A stretch of DNA of 64,000 nt, from positions 1,352 through 65,351 of IMG/VR virus record IMGVR_UViG_3300025154_000088; one strand, written 5' to 3'. The stretch is from a virus. Lineage: Duplodnaviria > Caudoviricetes. Every line of letters starts with the position of its first letter. Positions within the stretch are counted from its first letter, which is position 1. Shown here in pieces: positions 37,979 through 46,429 of this stretch. The translations under genes and the position numbers were made by a program. Below the pieces are notes generated by a model that made no database searches, was not told the DNA's origin, and was given only the letters and a program-made list of their open reading frames with translations.

Positions 37979-38135
37979 AACCGATTCCCATCAAAGACGA
38001 AAGGCGGATCAGGATTCTATCCCTTCGCCGGCATCTTCGGTTGATCGAATCAAGGCATCCGGAATCAGAAACCAAGGCCGAGATGGTGAAGACTCTGTTG
38101 CGCCGCATCGATGCTTTGCGAAATGGAGGAGGTTT

Positions 38136-38408
38136 ATGAAGATTGCGAAATACAAAGGGGGGATGTTCGGAGATGGGGCCGGGGATATTTTATCGTGCCG
38201 TTTATGTGGTGAGCGCGATTACGACAAACTCTTGGTCCAACGGCTTGGTATCGCTGTCGGGATGAGCGGGGATGACTATACGTTCTGTAAAAAATGTTGG
38301 GAGGGGAAAAATTTCGGGAAAAGGCTTCTTCAGCTTCTGGGGTATCCAAAGGGGATGTTTTTAAAGACAGATTGCGTCGAATTAACCGAGATAGACGATG
38401 CAAGATAA
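38136..38408 (+). CDS. Hypothetical zinc-finger protein
   Basis: CRLC...FCKKC. Confidence 0.5.
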   Translation: MKIAKYKGGMFGDGAGDILSCRLCGERDYDKLLVQRLGIAVGMSGDDYTFCKKCWEGKNFGKRLLQLLGYPKGMFLKTDCVELTEIDDAR

Positions 38409-39204
38409 CACTTTTGTATATCTATGGCGGTCGATTCTTGACACGTCTTTCTATAAAAAACCACTGACTTGCCATCTTGCCATACACCTTATTCTGTCTG
38501 CGGCATGGGCGGACCATAAAACCATTATCGCAGGAAAAGAGGTGTTAATCAGGCGTGGTCAAATAGCCACTGGTAGAGAGCGTTTAGCATCCGAGACCGG
38601 CCTGAGCCCGCAGAATATAAGGACTTCAATCGAGGTATTGCGGAGATGCGATTTTTTAACCATCGAATCAACCAAGGTTTGTAGTATTATAACTATCTGT
38701 AACTATAGTAATTATCAAACATGCCAACCAAGCATCCAACCAAGCAGCCAACCAACGACCAACCAACGACCAACCAACGACCAACCACTACATAATGAAA
38801 GGTATGAAAGGAATAAAGATAAAGATCTTTCTGCATCTGCCGATGCAGGAAACGGTGAAGCTTTCTACCTGGACAAAAAAGGCCGGAAGCTCACCGGGAA
38901 ACGACTCGAATCTTTCAACCTGTTCTGGAAAGCCTGGGGGGATTCCAGAGGGAAATCCGAAGCCGCTCAATCCTGGTACGATATCCCGCAGTTGACCAAT
39001 GCCCTTGTCGAACAGATCGTCACCGCAGCATCCAGGTATGCCGAAGAAAGGCCAAAGATAAAAGCCGTTGGGGGGACTCCAAAAATGGCCCAAGGGTGGC
39101 TTTCGGCCCGCAGGTGGGAAGATGAACCTGTTGACGACAAGCCCATCCATCGCCCAACCGGAGAGGCCTACAAAGTAAAAACCGCAAAGGACCTGTTTTC
39201 ATGA
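38398..39204 (+). CDS. Replication initiator (lambda O-like)
   Basis: N-terminal wHTH (RGQIATGRERLASETGLS), internal iterons, C-terminal FNLFWKAW...GWLSARRWEDE; upstream of DnaB. Confidence 0.85.
   Translation: MQDNTFVYLWRSILDTSFYKKPLTCHLAIHLILSAAWADHKTIIAGKEVLIRRGQIATGRERLASETGLSPQNIRTSIEVLRRCDFLTIESTKVCSIITICNYSNYQTCQPSIQPSSQPTTNQRPTNDQPLHNERYERNKDKDLSASADAGNGEAFYLDKKGRKLTGKRLESFNLFWKAWGDSRGKSEAAQSWYDIPQLTNALVEQIVTAASRYAEERPKIKAVGGTPKMAQGWLSARRWEDEPVDDKPIHRPTGEAYKVKTAKDLFS
38724..38790 (+). repeat. Iterons / replication origin within the initiator gene
   Basis: Six CCAACCA units at 11-12 bp periodicity: CCAACCAAGCA x2, CCAACCAACGA x3, CCAACCACTA; preceded by an AT-rich stretch. Confidence 0.8.
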
Positions 39205-40541
39205 AAAAAGCTCTTCCTGACCAAAAACTTCCACCCCAAAACATCGAGGTCGAAGAGTCGATCCTGACATCGATCATGCTGTTTCCGGGGGAATGCGATA
39301 TCGTTTTCGACCTGCTTCAGCCGACGGATTTTTACCGGACCGCCCACCAGAAGATTTTCGAAGCCGCGAAGAGCCTGAACGAAGAACGAAAACACCCCGA
39401 CCTTCCCATGATGGTTACGAGGCTCCGGGAAAACGGGTGCCTGGAAGAGGCTGGGGGTGCGGCATACCTTGCGAGCCTTATCGACGAATCTCCTGTAGCC
39501 GTAAACCTCGAATCCTATGCGCTCGTGGTCAAGGGCGCCGCGAAGCTGCGCCAGTTGATCGGGATCAGCTGCAAGATCACGGAGCGGTGTTTCAACAGCC
39601 ATGAATCGTTCGATCAGGTCATTGATGACGCCCACCAGGCAATCACATCCCTCGGGAATGATTCCATCGTGGATAGCTGTGAGCCTATCGGAATTCTGGT
39701 CAGCAACGAGATAGACCGGCTTGAAGCCCTTGCGGATGCTAAAACGACCTGCACGGGGATCCCGTCCGGATTTCGGGACATCGACCTGATGACCTCCGGG
39801 TTTCAGGACTCGGATTTGATCCTCCTGGCGGCCCGGCCCTCGATGGGGAAAACCGCCCTTGCGGTCAACATCGTTTCCAACGTCGCCGCGGCAGGCTATC
39901 CGACTCTGGTATTTTCCCTCGAAATGTCAAAGCAGCAACTCACCCGGAGAATCCTGGCTTCCGATGCCAGGGTGATGACCAACAAATTCTTGAATCCCTC
40001 CATGGCAAACCGAGACGATTGGCAACGGATAACTACGTCAGCCTGTAAAATCACCGACCTTCCTGTCTGGATCGATGACCGGGCAGGGTTGAAATACCAC
40101 CAGGTCAGGCAGCAGGCCCGGAAATACCACCATACCGAAGGCGTGAAGCTGATCGTGATCGATTATCTCCAACTCATGCACGGTGACAAACAGGATGGGC
40201 GTGAACGGGAAATTTCGAGTATTTCAGCTGCCCTAAAAGGCCTCGCCAAGGAATTGAATATCCCGGTCCTGGTACTGTGCCAGCTCAACAGGGATCTTGA
40301 GAAACGTCCCAACAAGAGACCTCAGCTTTCGGACCTTCGGGAATCCGGATCCCTGGAACAGGATGCGGACGTAGTGGCCTTCATTTACCGGGATGAGGTC
40401 TACAACTCTGACGAAACAAACTCGAACCGGGGCATAGCCGAGATTATTTTTTCAAAACAGCGGAACGGACCGGTGGGGACCGTCAAGCTCGCATATCTGA
40501 ACTGCTACACACGGTTTGAATCGTTGGCGGAGGTGTCCTGA
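39201..40541 (+). CDS. dnaB: Replicative DNA helicase DnaB
   Basis: PPQNIEVE, AARPSMGKT, FSLEMS, IDYLQL, LCQLNR, DLRESGSLEQDAD, KQRNGP. Confidence 0.96.
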   Translation: MKKALPDQKLPPQNIEVEESILTSIMLFPGECDIVFDLLQPTDFYRTAHQKIFEAAKSLNEERKHPDLPMMVTRLRENGCLEEAGGAAYLASLIDESPVAVNLESYALVVKGAAKLRQLIGISCKITERCFNSHESFDQVIDDAHQAITSLGNDSIVDSCEPIGILVSNEIDRLEALADAKTTCTGIPSGFRDIDLMTSGFQDSDLILLAARPSMGKTALAVNIVSNVAAAGYPTLVFSLEMSKQQLTRRILASDARVMTNKFLNPSMANRDDWQRITTSACKITDLPVWIDDRAGLKYHQVRQQARKYHHTEGVKLIVIDYLQLMHGDKQDGREREISSISAALKGLAKELNIPVLVLCQLNRDLEKRPNKRPQLSDLRESGSLEQDADVVAFIYRDEVYNSDETNSNRGIAEIIFSKQRNGPVGTVKLAYLNCYTRFESLAEVS

Positions 40542-40719
40542 TGGAAAAAATCTACCCAATCAACCCGGTCCCCAAGCCCTGCCCAACCTGCGGAATCACC
40601 CCGCGGCCCATGCGGAGCTGGACGAATCCGGAATGGGAAATGAACTGCGGCTGCCGGAACGCGACTGGCTGGACCGAGGAAGAGGCTGAACGGAATTATC
40701 GGGCGAAAGCGGAGGGGGC

Positions 40720-41124
40720 ATGATGGACCGCCTTCAGTTCTTCATTCCAGGACCGTTACCAGGCCTCAACGAGATGATGGACGCGGCCAAGCGGAAAGTC
40801 CCCTGGCTGTCACGGCGCCGAAAGTACCAGGTGACCCAGTGGACTTTGATGAAAGACGACTGGACCCGCAGAGTCGCCGCCTGTGTCGGGCACCAGAAAA
40901 ATCCCGTCTTTGAGCGGTGCCGGGTCTATTGCCTCTGGGTAGAACCGAACAGCCGGCGCGATCCAGACAATGTTTTTGCAGCCCGAAAATTCATCCTGGA
41001 TGGGCTCGTGCATGCTGGTGTGATCCATGATGATTCGAGAAAATACGTTAAGGGCCTATCAGATGAGTTCGGACCCAACGACAAAAAAATGCCCGGGGTA
41101 TGGGTAACGGTGGAGGCAGCATGA
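40720..41124 (+). CDS. RusA-like Holliday junction resolvase
   Basis: LPGLNE...RRDPDN...KFILDGLV..GVIHDD. Confidence 0.8.
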   Translation: MMDRLQFFIPGPLPGLNEMMDAAKRKVPWLSRRRKYQVTQWTLMKDDWTRRVAACVGHQKNPVFERCRVYCLWVEPNSRRDPDNVFAARKFILDGLVHAGVIHDDSRKYVKGLSDEFGPNDKKMPGVWVTVEAA

Positions 41125-41260
41125 CCAGATTCCGCGAACGGATCATAGGCAAGGCTCAACGATCAACCCTTCATTGGGGTCAGTTTGCCCATGGGTCGGG
41201 AAAATTGATTGTGGGGCATTTGGCGAAGCGTAGCGTATTCCTGAAATTGGGGGTGGAATA

Positions 41261-41512
41261 ATGATCACATGGCAGGGAGTGGCACTTGGGAGCGTGGTCG
41301 GTTTCATGGCCTGGTGGGCAGCCTGGATAATCTGGGTGTGCCGTGGAGCCGGGAAGGGTGCGAAGGTTCAGGCTGATTTCAACCGGGAATTGATGCTCCA
41401 TTGGCAAAAACAGAACATGCACAATAGCATGATTGAGCTGTTATTCGCGCGTGTTGTGGATTGTTTGGAAGCCCAAGAGGCGCGGAAGGTTCCGCCGGGA
41501 AGCGGGGTGTGA
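41261..41512 (+). CDS. Small membrane protein
   Basis: N-terminal hydrophobic helix. Confidence 0.45.
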   Translation: MITWQGVALGSVVGFMAWWAAWIIWVCRGAGKGAKVQADFNRELMLHWQKQNMHNSMIELLFARVVDCLEAQEARKVPPGSGV

Positions 41513-41695
41513 ATGAAATGCCCTCGCTGCGGGTGTGACCGGAGGGAACTCGAGGTCGAGCGGACAGAGCAGTTCGACACCTGCACCCGGCGCAAGCTGG
41601 CCTGCACCGAGTGCGGGTTCACGTTTCGGACTATCGAGACCCCGGTGGGGGATCCCTGGGTCGAGAAGGCGCCGGAAAACGTCTATTCCGGCTGA
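41513..41695 (+). CDS. Zinc-ribbon protein (NrdR N-terminal / Ogr-like)
   Basis: MKCPRCG...TRRKLACTECGFTFRTIET. Confidence 0.7.
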   Translation: MKCPRCGCDRRELEVERTEQFDTCTRRKLACTECGFTFRTIETPVGDPWVEKAPENVYSG

Positions 41696-41862
41696 GGCAG
41701 GTTTTCGCGGGATAGCCGGACGGCCTCCCGCTGGTTTTTTTCGATGACTGCCTGCCTGACATATTCCGATAGGCTTTTATGCCCGCAGAGGCCTTGAAGG
41801 GCACGGGCCATCTTAATCACCCGCTCGTCGATCATGAGCGGGAAACGGACTTGGTTTTTCAT

Positions 41863-42129
41863 TTAGAGCCTCCCATCTATCATGTCCAAAATTTCGTCTC
41901 TGGAAAATCCAAAAACAAGCCGGCAGTCGGCATCCGTCCAGACCCATAATGCCTGTTGAGTTATGTAACCAGTATTCCCGGCATTTAAAATCGACCATGG
42001 CAGACCCATCGGGCACCCTTCTGATAGTCGGTCCACGGCTGCGGTAAAGGCCGGGCACCATATGTCCGGCCCTTCCATCCTATCGCGGACAATCCGCGAC
42101 AGGAGTTTCGCGGTCTTCATGCGGTCCAT
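41863..42129 (-). CDS. Hypothetical protein (antisense island)
   Basis: RBS GGAGG; 88 aa. Confidence 0.5.
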   Translation of the reverse strand: MDRMKTAKLLSRIVRDRMEGPDIWCPAFTAAVDRLSEGCPMGLPWSILNAGNTGYITQQALWVWTDADCRLVFGFSRDEILDMIDGRL

Positions 42130-42192
42130 CGGTCCTCCCTCCCCGGTCGCTCCGGGTCATGCCCGATATTGCCCTCGGGCCGGGGCTTTGGC

Positions 42193-42405
42193 TTACAGCT
42201 CCTTAATCTCAATCCCGCATTTCCGCCGGATATCTTCGGCGGTCATGCCGTCGTAATCATGGTCAACGACTCGCTCTTTGCTGCTGGGTGGCTGATGTAG
42301 CGTGCCGACGCAACGGTAAGTGTTGTTGCTGTCACGCTCCATGTCGAAGATGTAACGGTGACATCTCATGCCACCGTCAAAAAACATGCCTTCAATTCTT
42401 CTCAT
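42193..42405 (-). CDS. Hypothetical protein, first gene after the sigma54 promoter
   Basis: RBS AGGAG; MRRIEGMFFDGGMRCHRY..., 70 aa. Confidence 0.55.
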   Translation of the reverse strand: MRRIEGMFFDGGMRCHRYIFDMERDSNNTYRCVGTLHQPPSSKERVVDHDYDGMTAEDIRRKCGIEIKEL

Positions 42406-42521
42406 GTTGAAATCTCCTGTTTCGAGCAAACCGCTCAAGGCGGCAATCCCCTCTAATCGGGTCAAGGCCGGTTTGCCCGCCGGCCTTCGGGGCATGTGTT
42501 GTTTGTCTTGCCCTGATATAG

Positions 42522-42537
42522 AGCAAATCGTGTGCCA
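42522..42537 (-). promoter_or_regulatory. Sigma54 (-24/-12) promoter
   Basis: Minus strand TGGCACACGATTTGCT, an exact GG-N10-GC matching the TGGCAC-N5-TTGC consensus; AT-rich upstream region with dyad TGACAAAAATTGTCA (42664-42678). Confidence 0.75.
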
Positions 42538-42738
42538 AGTGTGCAATGTGTGTAAAGAAAGTTTTAAGTAGCTGTAATCATTGCTAATAAAAATGTGCAA
42601 TTTAGCATTGAAGGTGCAATGTTGTGAAATCCTACACCGGTTTGACGCAAATTGGTGGCAAACTGACAAAAATTGTCAAATGCTACCGGTAGCACTCAGG
42701 GGGTTGCCAAAAACCGTAGATACTCTACGCTCGGGTGC

Positions 42739-43311
42739 ATGAGAGCCAATAAAGCCAGTTTTTGGGAAAATCGTGAATATGAGAGCTCAATCCATGCCTA
42801 CAGAGTCTCGAGGGGTTTAACGCTCAAAAACCTGTCCAAGGCGGCGGAGGTAAGCATAGGTTATATTTCATCTCTTGCGAACGGGACACGTAGCCCAATA
42901 TTCGCTATGAGCGGCCACGTAAAGCCCTCGGTGTCGCGGATAGCAAAGGTTTTGAGGGCGGATGTTGAGGATTTGTTCCCGAGATATTTTTGCAAAATCA
43001 AATCCGATTCGGATGTCGATCTGTTGGAAGCGCAACTCAATGAAATTACGGTCAGTACGTATTCGCAAGTTTCTGCTGAGGAAATCGTTTCGCGCACCCA
43101 AACCAGAGACAAGCTTGGTGAGGTTTTAAATTCCCTTCCGGTTCGCCAGGCGATGGTCATTAGGTCCAGGTTTTTTTCAATGCAAACATATTCCGAAATA
43201 GCTCAATTCCTCAGAGTCACAGTGCCTCGAGTACAGCAGATCGAGGCCACGGCGCTCAGAAAGTTAAGGCATCCGTCAAGGGCAAAAATTTTAACGGAAT
43301 TAACAGCGTAG
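42739..43311 (+). CDS. XRE-HTH / sigma70 region-4 fusion regulator
   Basis: RVSRGLTLKNLSKAAEVSIGYISSLANG (XRE) and TYSEIAQFLRVTVPRVQQIEATALRKLRHPSR (RpoD-like region 4.2). Confidence 0.8.
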   Translation: MRANKASFWENREYESSIHAYRVSRGLTLKNLSKAAEVSIGYISSLANGTRSPIFAMSGHVKPSVSRIAKVLRADVEDLFPRYFCKIKSDSDVDLLEAQLNEITVSTYSQVSAEEIVSRTQTRDKLGEVLNSLPVRQAMVIRSRFFSMQTYSEIAQFLRVTVPRVQQIEATALRKLRHPSRAKILTELTA

Positions 43312-43324
43312 CAGGGTTGATACA

Positions 43325-43936
43325 GTGGCAAAGGGAAAGCAAAATGTGAAGAAACCAAAGGACGCCGGTCGGGTGTCCAAACTGAATGCGTGGTTCCGCG
43401 CTTACATCGATCAAGCCAATCCTCAAACCTTCCTCAACAAAACCGAATCCGCCAGGGTGGCAGGGTACAAGAGCAAATCCGAAGAAGGCCTACGGCACAT
43501 GGGATGCCAGGCGTTCACAAAACTATCCGTAAAGATTGACAAATGGCTCGATGAGTCGTCTTTGAGCGAGCAAGCCCTGAAGGTGAAAATGCTCTCCCTC
43601 ATGGAGGGAAAGCAGACGATTTTTCAGAAAGTCAAGGGGGCCGTTAAGCAGGAGAATCTGCCGCCAGGGTGGAGGATCGTCACCACTGGCGGAACGGTGA
43701 AGATGGGAGAAGATGGGGATGTTTTCGGAGACGGCGACACCCTCCTTGCCTGCGATGTCGAGTTCCCAGAGCTCCAGCGGCGCACCCTGGACATGGCCAT
43801 CAAAGTCCGGGGGATGTACGCACCCGAGAAGCGGGAGCACACCGGGAAGGACGGGGGGCCGATGGAAGTAATCCACAGCGCAGATCCTATGGGACTACTG
43901 GCTTTGAAAAATGCTATCGCCGGCACACAAAAATAA
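43325..43936 (+). CDS. terS: Terminase small subunit
   Basis: NKTESARVAGY and EHTGKDGGPME motifs; directly upstream of TerL. Confidence 0.8.
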   Translation: MAKGKQNVKKPKDAGRVSKLNAWFRAYIDQANPQTFLNKTESARVAGYKSKSEEGLRHMGCQAFTKLSVKIDKWLDESSLSEQALKVKMLSLMEGKQTIFQKVKGAVKQENLPPGWRIVTTGGTVKMGEDGDVFGDGDTLLACDVEFPELQRRTLDMAIKVRGMYAPEKREHTGKDGGPMEVIHSADPMGLLALKNAIAGTQK

Positions 43937-45611
43937 CGAGGCCTACGTCTCGGAGTTGATCGGGTTCCTCCCAGGAGCCACATACAGCCAGGCGCTTGCG
44001 GCCTACGGCGCTGTCGTCAATGATCCACATCTTGATCCCTGGGTCGAAGCTCAGATCGCAGAGATCGACCGGTATTTTCTCATGACGTGGGTGCTCCGCC
44101 TTGGGGCACAGATCCCCCGAATTTACCACGAGTGGATTTATGGCCGGGTTCGTGAGGTTGAGGCCTGCCCGGATGGATGTCTCGATCTATGGGCGCGGGA
44201 GCATTGTAAGTCCACCACGATTACGTTCGGTGGGTCCATCCAGGAGATCATAAAATCCCAAGGGGAAATCACAATAGGCATTTTCTCTCACAATGCAGCT
44301 CACGCCAGGGATAAATTCGTGGTCCGGCTGAAACGGGAGATGGAAAACAACCCGAATCTTCCGAGGCTATGGCCGGATGTGTTTTGGGCAAACCCGAAGA
44401 AGGAAGCCCCCGTGTGGTCTCGTGACGGAGGTCTGGTCGTCAAACGGAAAGGAAACCCCGCGGAGGCGACCATCTCCGGGTGGGGGCTTGTCGACGGACA
44501 ACCTACAGGATCCCATTTCGGGCTGATGATCTACGATGATGTCGTAACCGAGAAGGCCGTCACATCGCCGGAAATGATTCTGAAAACCACGGAGATGTGG
44601 GAGTTGTCCACATTCATGACCCAGGAGCAATCCGGGGAGAAGCCTCCACGGGTCTGGTACATCGGCACAAGATACAATTACGCGGACACCTACGGGGTTA
44701 TGCTGACTCGTGGGGTGGCCACCCCCAGGGTTCACCCAGCGACCCAGGACGGGACTCCTGGCGGCAAGCCTGTTTTCCTGACCGAGGCTCAGTGGGCAAA
44801 AAAGCGGGCCGATATTTCGGAAAGAACGATAGCCTGTCAGATGCTTCAAAACCCTCTCGCAGGCGAGCAGCAGGAGTTCAAGCCGGCATGGATTCGGCCC
44901 TACGAAGTGAGACCGGAAACGCTGAACGTTTATATCCTGGTGGATCCCGCAAATTCGAAAAAGAAGGCATCCTGCCGCACAGCAATGGCCGTTGTTGGGG
45001 TGGATCATGCCCTGAATAAATATCTCCTTGACGGCCTCTGCCACAAGCTTGACCTCAACGAGAGGTGGCAGGCCCTGAAGTTTTTCCGGCATAAATGGCT
45101 GCGTTCAGCTGGGGTTCAGACGGTACGGGTGGGATACGAGCGTTACGGGATGCAGGCCGATATTCAGCACTTCGAGACCATGATGAGGTTCGAAAAGTGC
45201 GCGTTTGAGATCGAAGAGGTCAATTGGGCTTACGACTCGGAACAGGCCAAGGATGACCGGATCCGGCGGTTGATTCCGGACCATCAGAACTGGAGATTCT
45301 TCTATCCGATAGGCAAAAACAAAGACGGCCAAATTGAATACGAAATCCAGGAAACGTCCCTCCAGCGGCAGATGTCCGAACAGGGAAAGGGCTACCTGGT
45401 GGCCAGGCCGGTAAAACGAAAAAACGAGGACGGAAGGATTTACAACCTCGTGGAGTACCTCGTCACCAACGAGTACAATTTTTTCCCGGCGACAACCGCA
45501 AAGGACTTCCTGGACGCCATGTCCAGAATCTACGACATGCAAATATCCGCTCCGATAAAGTTGGATCGGGGCGTTGAACTTGTGCCGGCATTCGCCGGGG
45601 AGGTGGGATGA
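43911..45611 (+). CDS. terL: Terminase large subunit
   Basis: DLWAREHCKST (Walker A variant), MIYDDVV (Walker B), IGTRY, ILVDPA nuclease motif, DFLDA. Confidence 0.9.
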   Translation: MLSPAHKNNEAYVSELIGFLPGATYSQALAAYGAVVNDPHLDPWVEAQIAEIDRYFLMTWVLRLGAQIPRIYHEWIYGRVREVEACPDGCLDLWAREHCKSTTITFGGSIQEIIKSQGEITIGIFSHNAAHARDKFVVRLKREMENNPNLPRLWPDVFWANPKKEAPVWSRDGGLVVKRKGNPAEATISGWGLVDGQPTGSHFGLMIYDDVVTEKAVTSPEMILKTTEMWELSTFMTQEQSGEKPPRVWYIGTRYNYADTYGVMLTRGVATPRVHPATQDGTPGGKPVFLTEAQWAKKRADISERTIACQMLQNPLAGEQQEFKPAWIRPYEVRPETLNVYILVDPANSKKKASCRTAMAVVGVDHALNKYLLDGLCHKLDLNERWQALKFFRHKWLRSAGVQTVRVGYERYGMQADIQHFETMMRFEKCAFEIEEVNWAYDSEQAKDDRIRRLIPDHQNWRFFYPIGKNKDGQIEYEIQETSLQRQMSEQGKGYLVARPVKRKNEDGRIYNLVEYLVTNEYNFFPATTAKDFLDAMSRIYDMQISAPIKLDRGVELVPAFAGEVG

Positions 45612-45814
45612 AGACTTTCAAAACAGACAAAACCATTGAATTGTTCAAAATAACAGAGAACATATGCCCGATATGCGGCGGTGAAATGTATAACGCAGGG
45701 GGACAATCTTGGTTTTGTACTCCCTGTGATTCTTATTTCCTCATTGCTGCGGATAACTCCATAATTGGGAGGGCTGTTGGGAAATGTCAACCTACCGCGA
45801 AATTAGCTTCTTAG
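45608..45814 (+). CDS. Small zinc-ribbon protein
   Basis: CPICGG...FCTPC; ATGA overlap; AT-rich DNA. Confidence 0.45.
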   Translation: MKTFKTDKTIELFKITENICPICGGEMYNAGGQSWFCTPCDSYFLIAADNSIIGRAVGKCQPTAKLAS

Positions 45815-45932
45815 GGATGGTCCTGGATGCCGATCCGGAGCACTACAAGCCGGATGTGGCCTATGAGTTCTCGAATGATCGGGAATTCGAATCCACCGAC
45901 CACACCGATTCAGGGATTTACGAGGCAAGTTG

Positions 45933-46349
45933 ATGGGACTGATAGCGAGTAATCTCGAAAACACGATTCTGGAGAAGGAAGACCATCGCAACACGGCAAG
46001 CGACATTGCCCTTTGTGTGGCCGCAAAGGCCAAACTTAACAAGGCATATCCGGGGCATATGTGGCAGGTTGAACTCGATGAGGACGTACAGGGAATGTGC
46101 AAAATTATAAATTTGGATATTTGTGCGGTCCTCAATTCGAATCTTAGGTACGGGTATTGGCTGTACCTGGGGAGGCTTTACGCCGATCCGTCTTTGAAGT
46201 GCGTCATGCGGGCAGGCGGGGAGATACTCGAGCGGGCGAACCTCCGGAGAGGATGGGCGACCGGGGAGGATCCGAAGTATGTGGAGGGGGTGCTTCCGAA
46301 GCATCAGCCTGGAGCGGGGCGTCTCAATATGAAATTAAGGTTGGCGTGA
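45933..46349 (+). CDS. Hypothetical protein upstream of the portal
   Basis: YPGHMW...AGGEILER; co-oriented with the packaging genes. Confidence 0.6.
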   Translation: MGLIASNLENTILEKEDHRNTASDIALCVAAKAKLNKAYPGHMWQVELDEDVQGMCKIINLDICAVLNSNLRYGYWLYLGRLYADPSLKCVMRAGGEILERANLRRGWATGEDPKYVEGVLPKHQPGAGRLNMKLRLA

Positions 46350-46429
46350 TGCCTCTATATTCCAAAATGGCAATGGGAATGCCTCAAAACAGCCTTTTTG
46401 ACAGATATGTATAGCCAGGATGGAATATA

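Noticed and set aside
38724-38790. CRISPR array or DGR repeat
   Set aside because: Units are 11-12 bp with no spacers and lie inside the initiator gene, so they are iterons. No cas genes or reverse transcriptase were seen in the window.
42440-42510. c-di-GMP-I riboswitch in the sigma54 leader (GGGCAAACC on the minus strand)
   Set aside because: It lacks the following GAAA-capped stem and the GACGCAAAGC segment of the motif.
39201-45611. Inteins in DnaB or TerL
   Set aside because: Both have normal lengths, and no intein boundary or LAGLIDADG motifs were seen.
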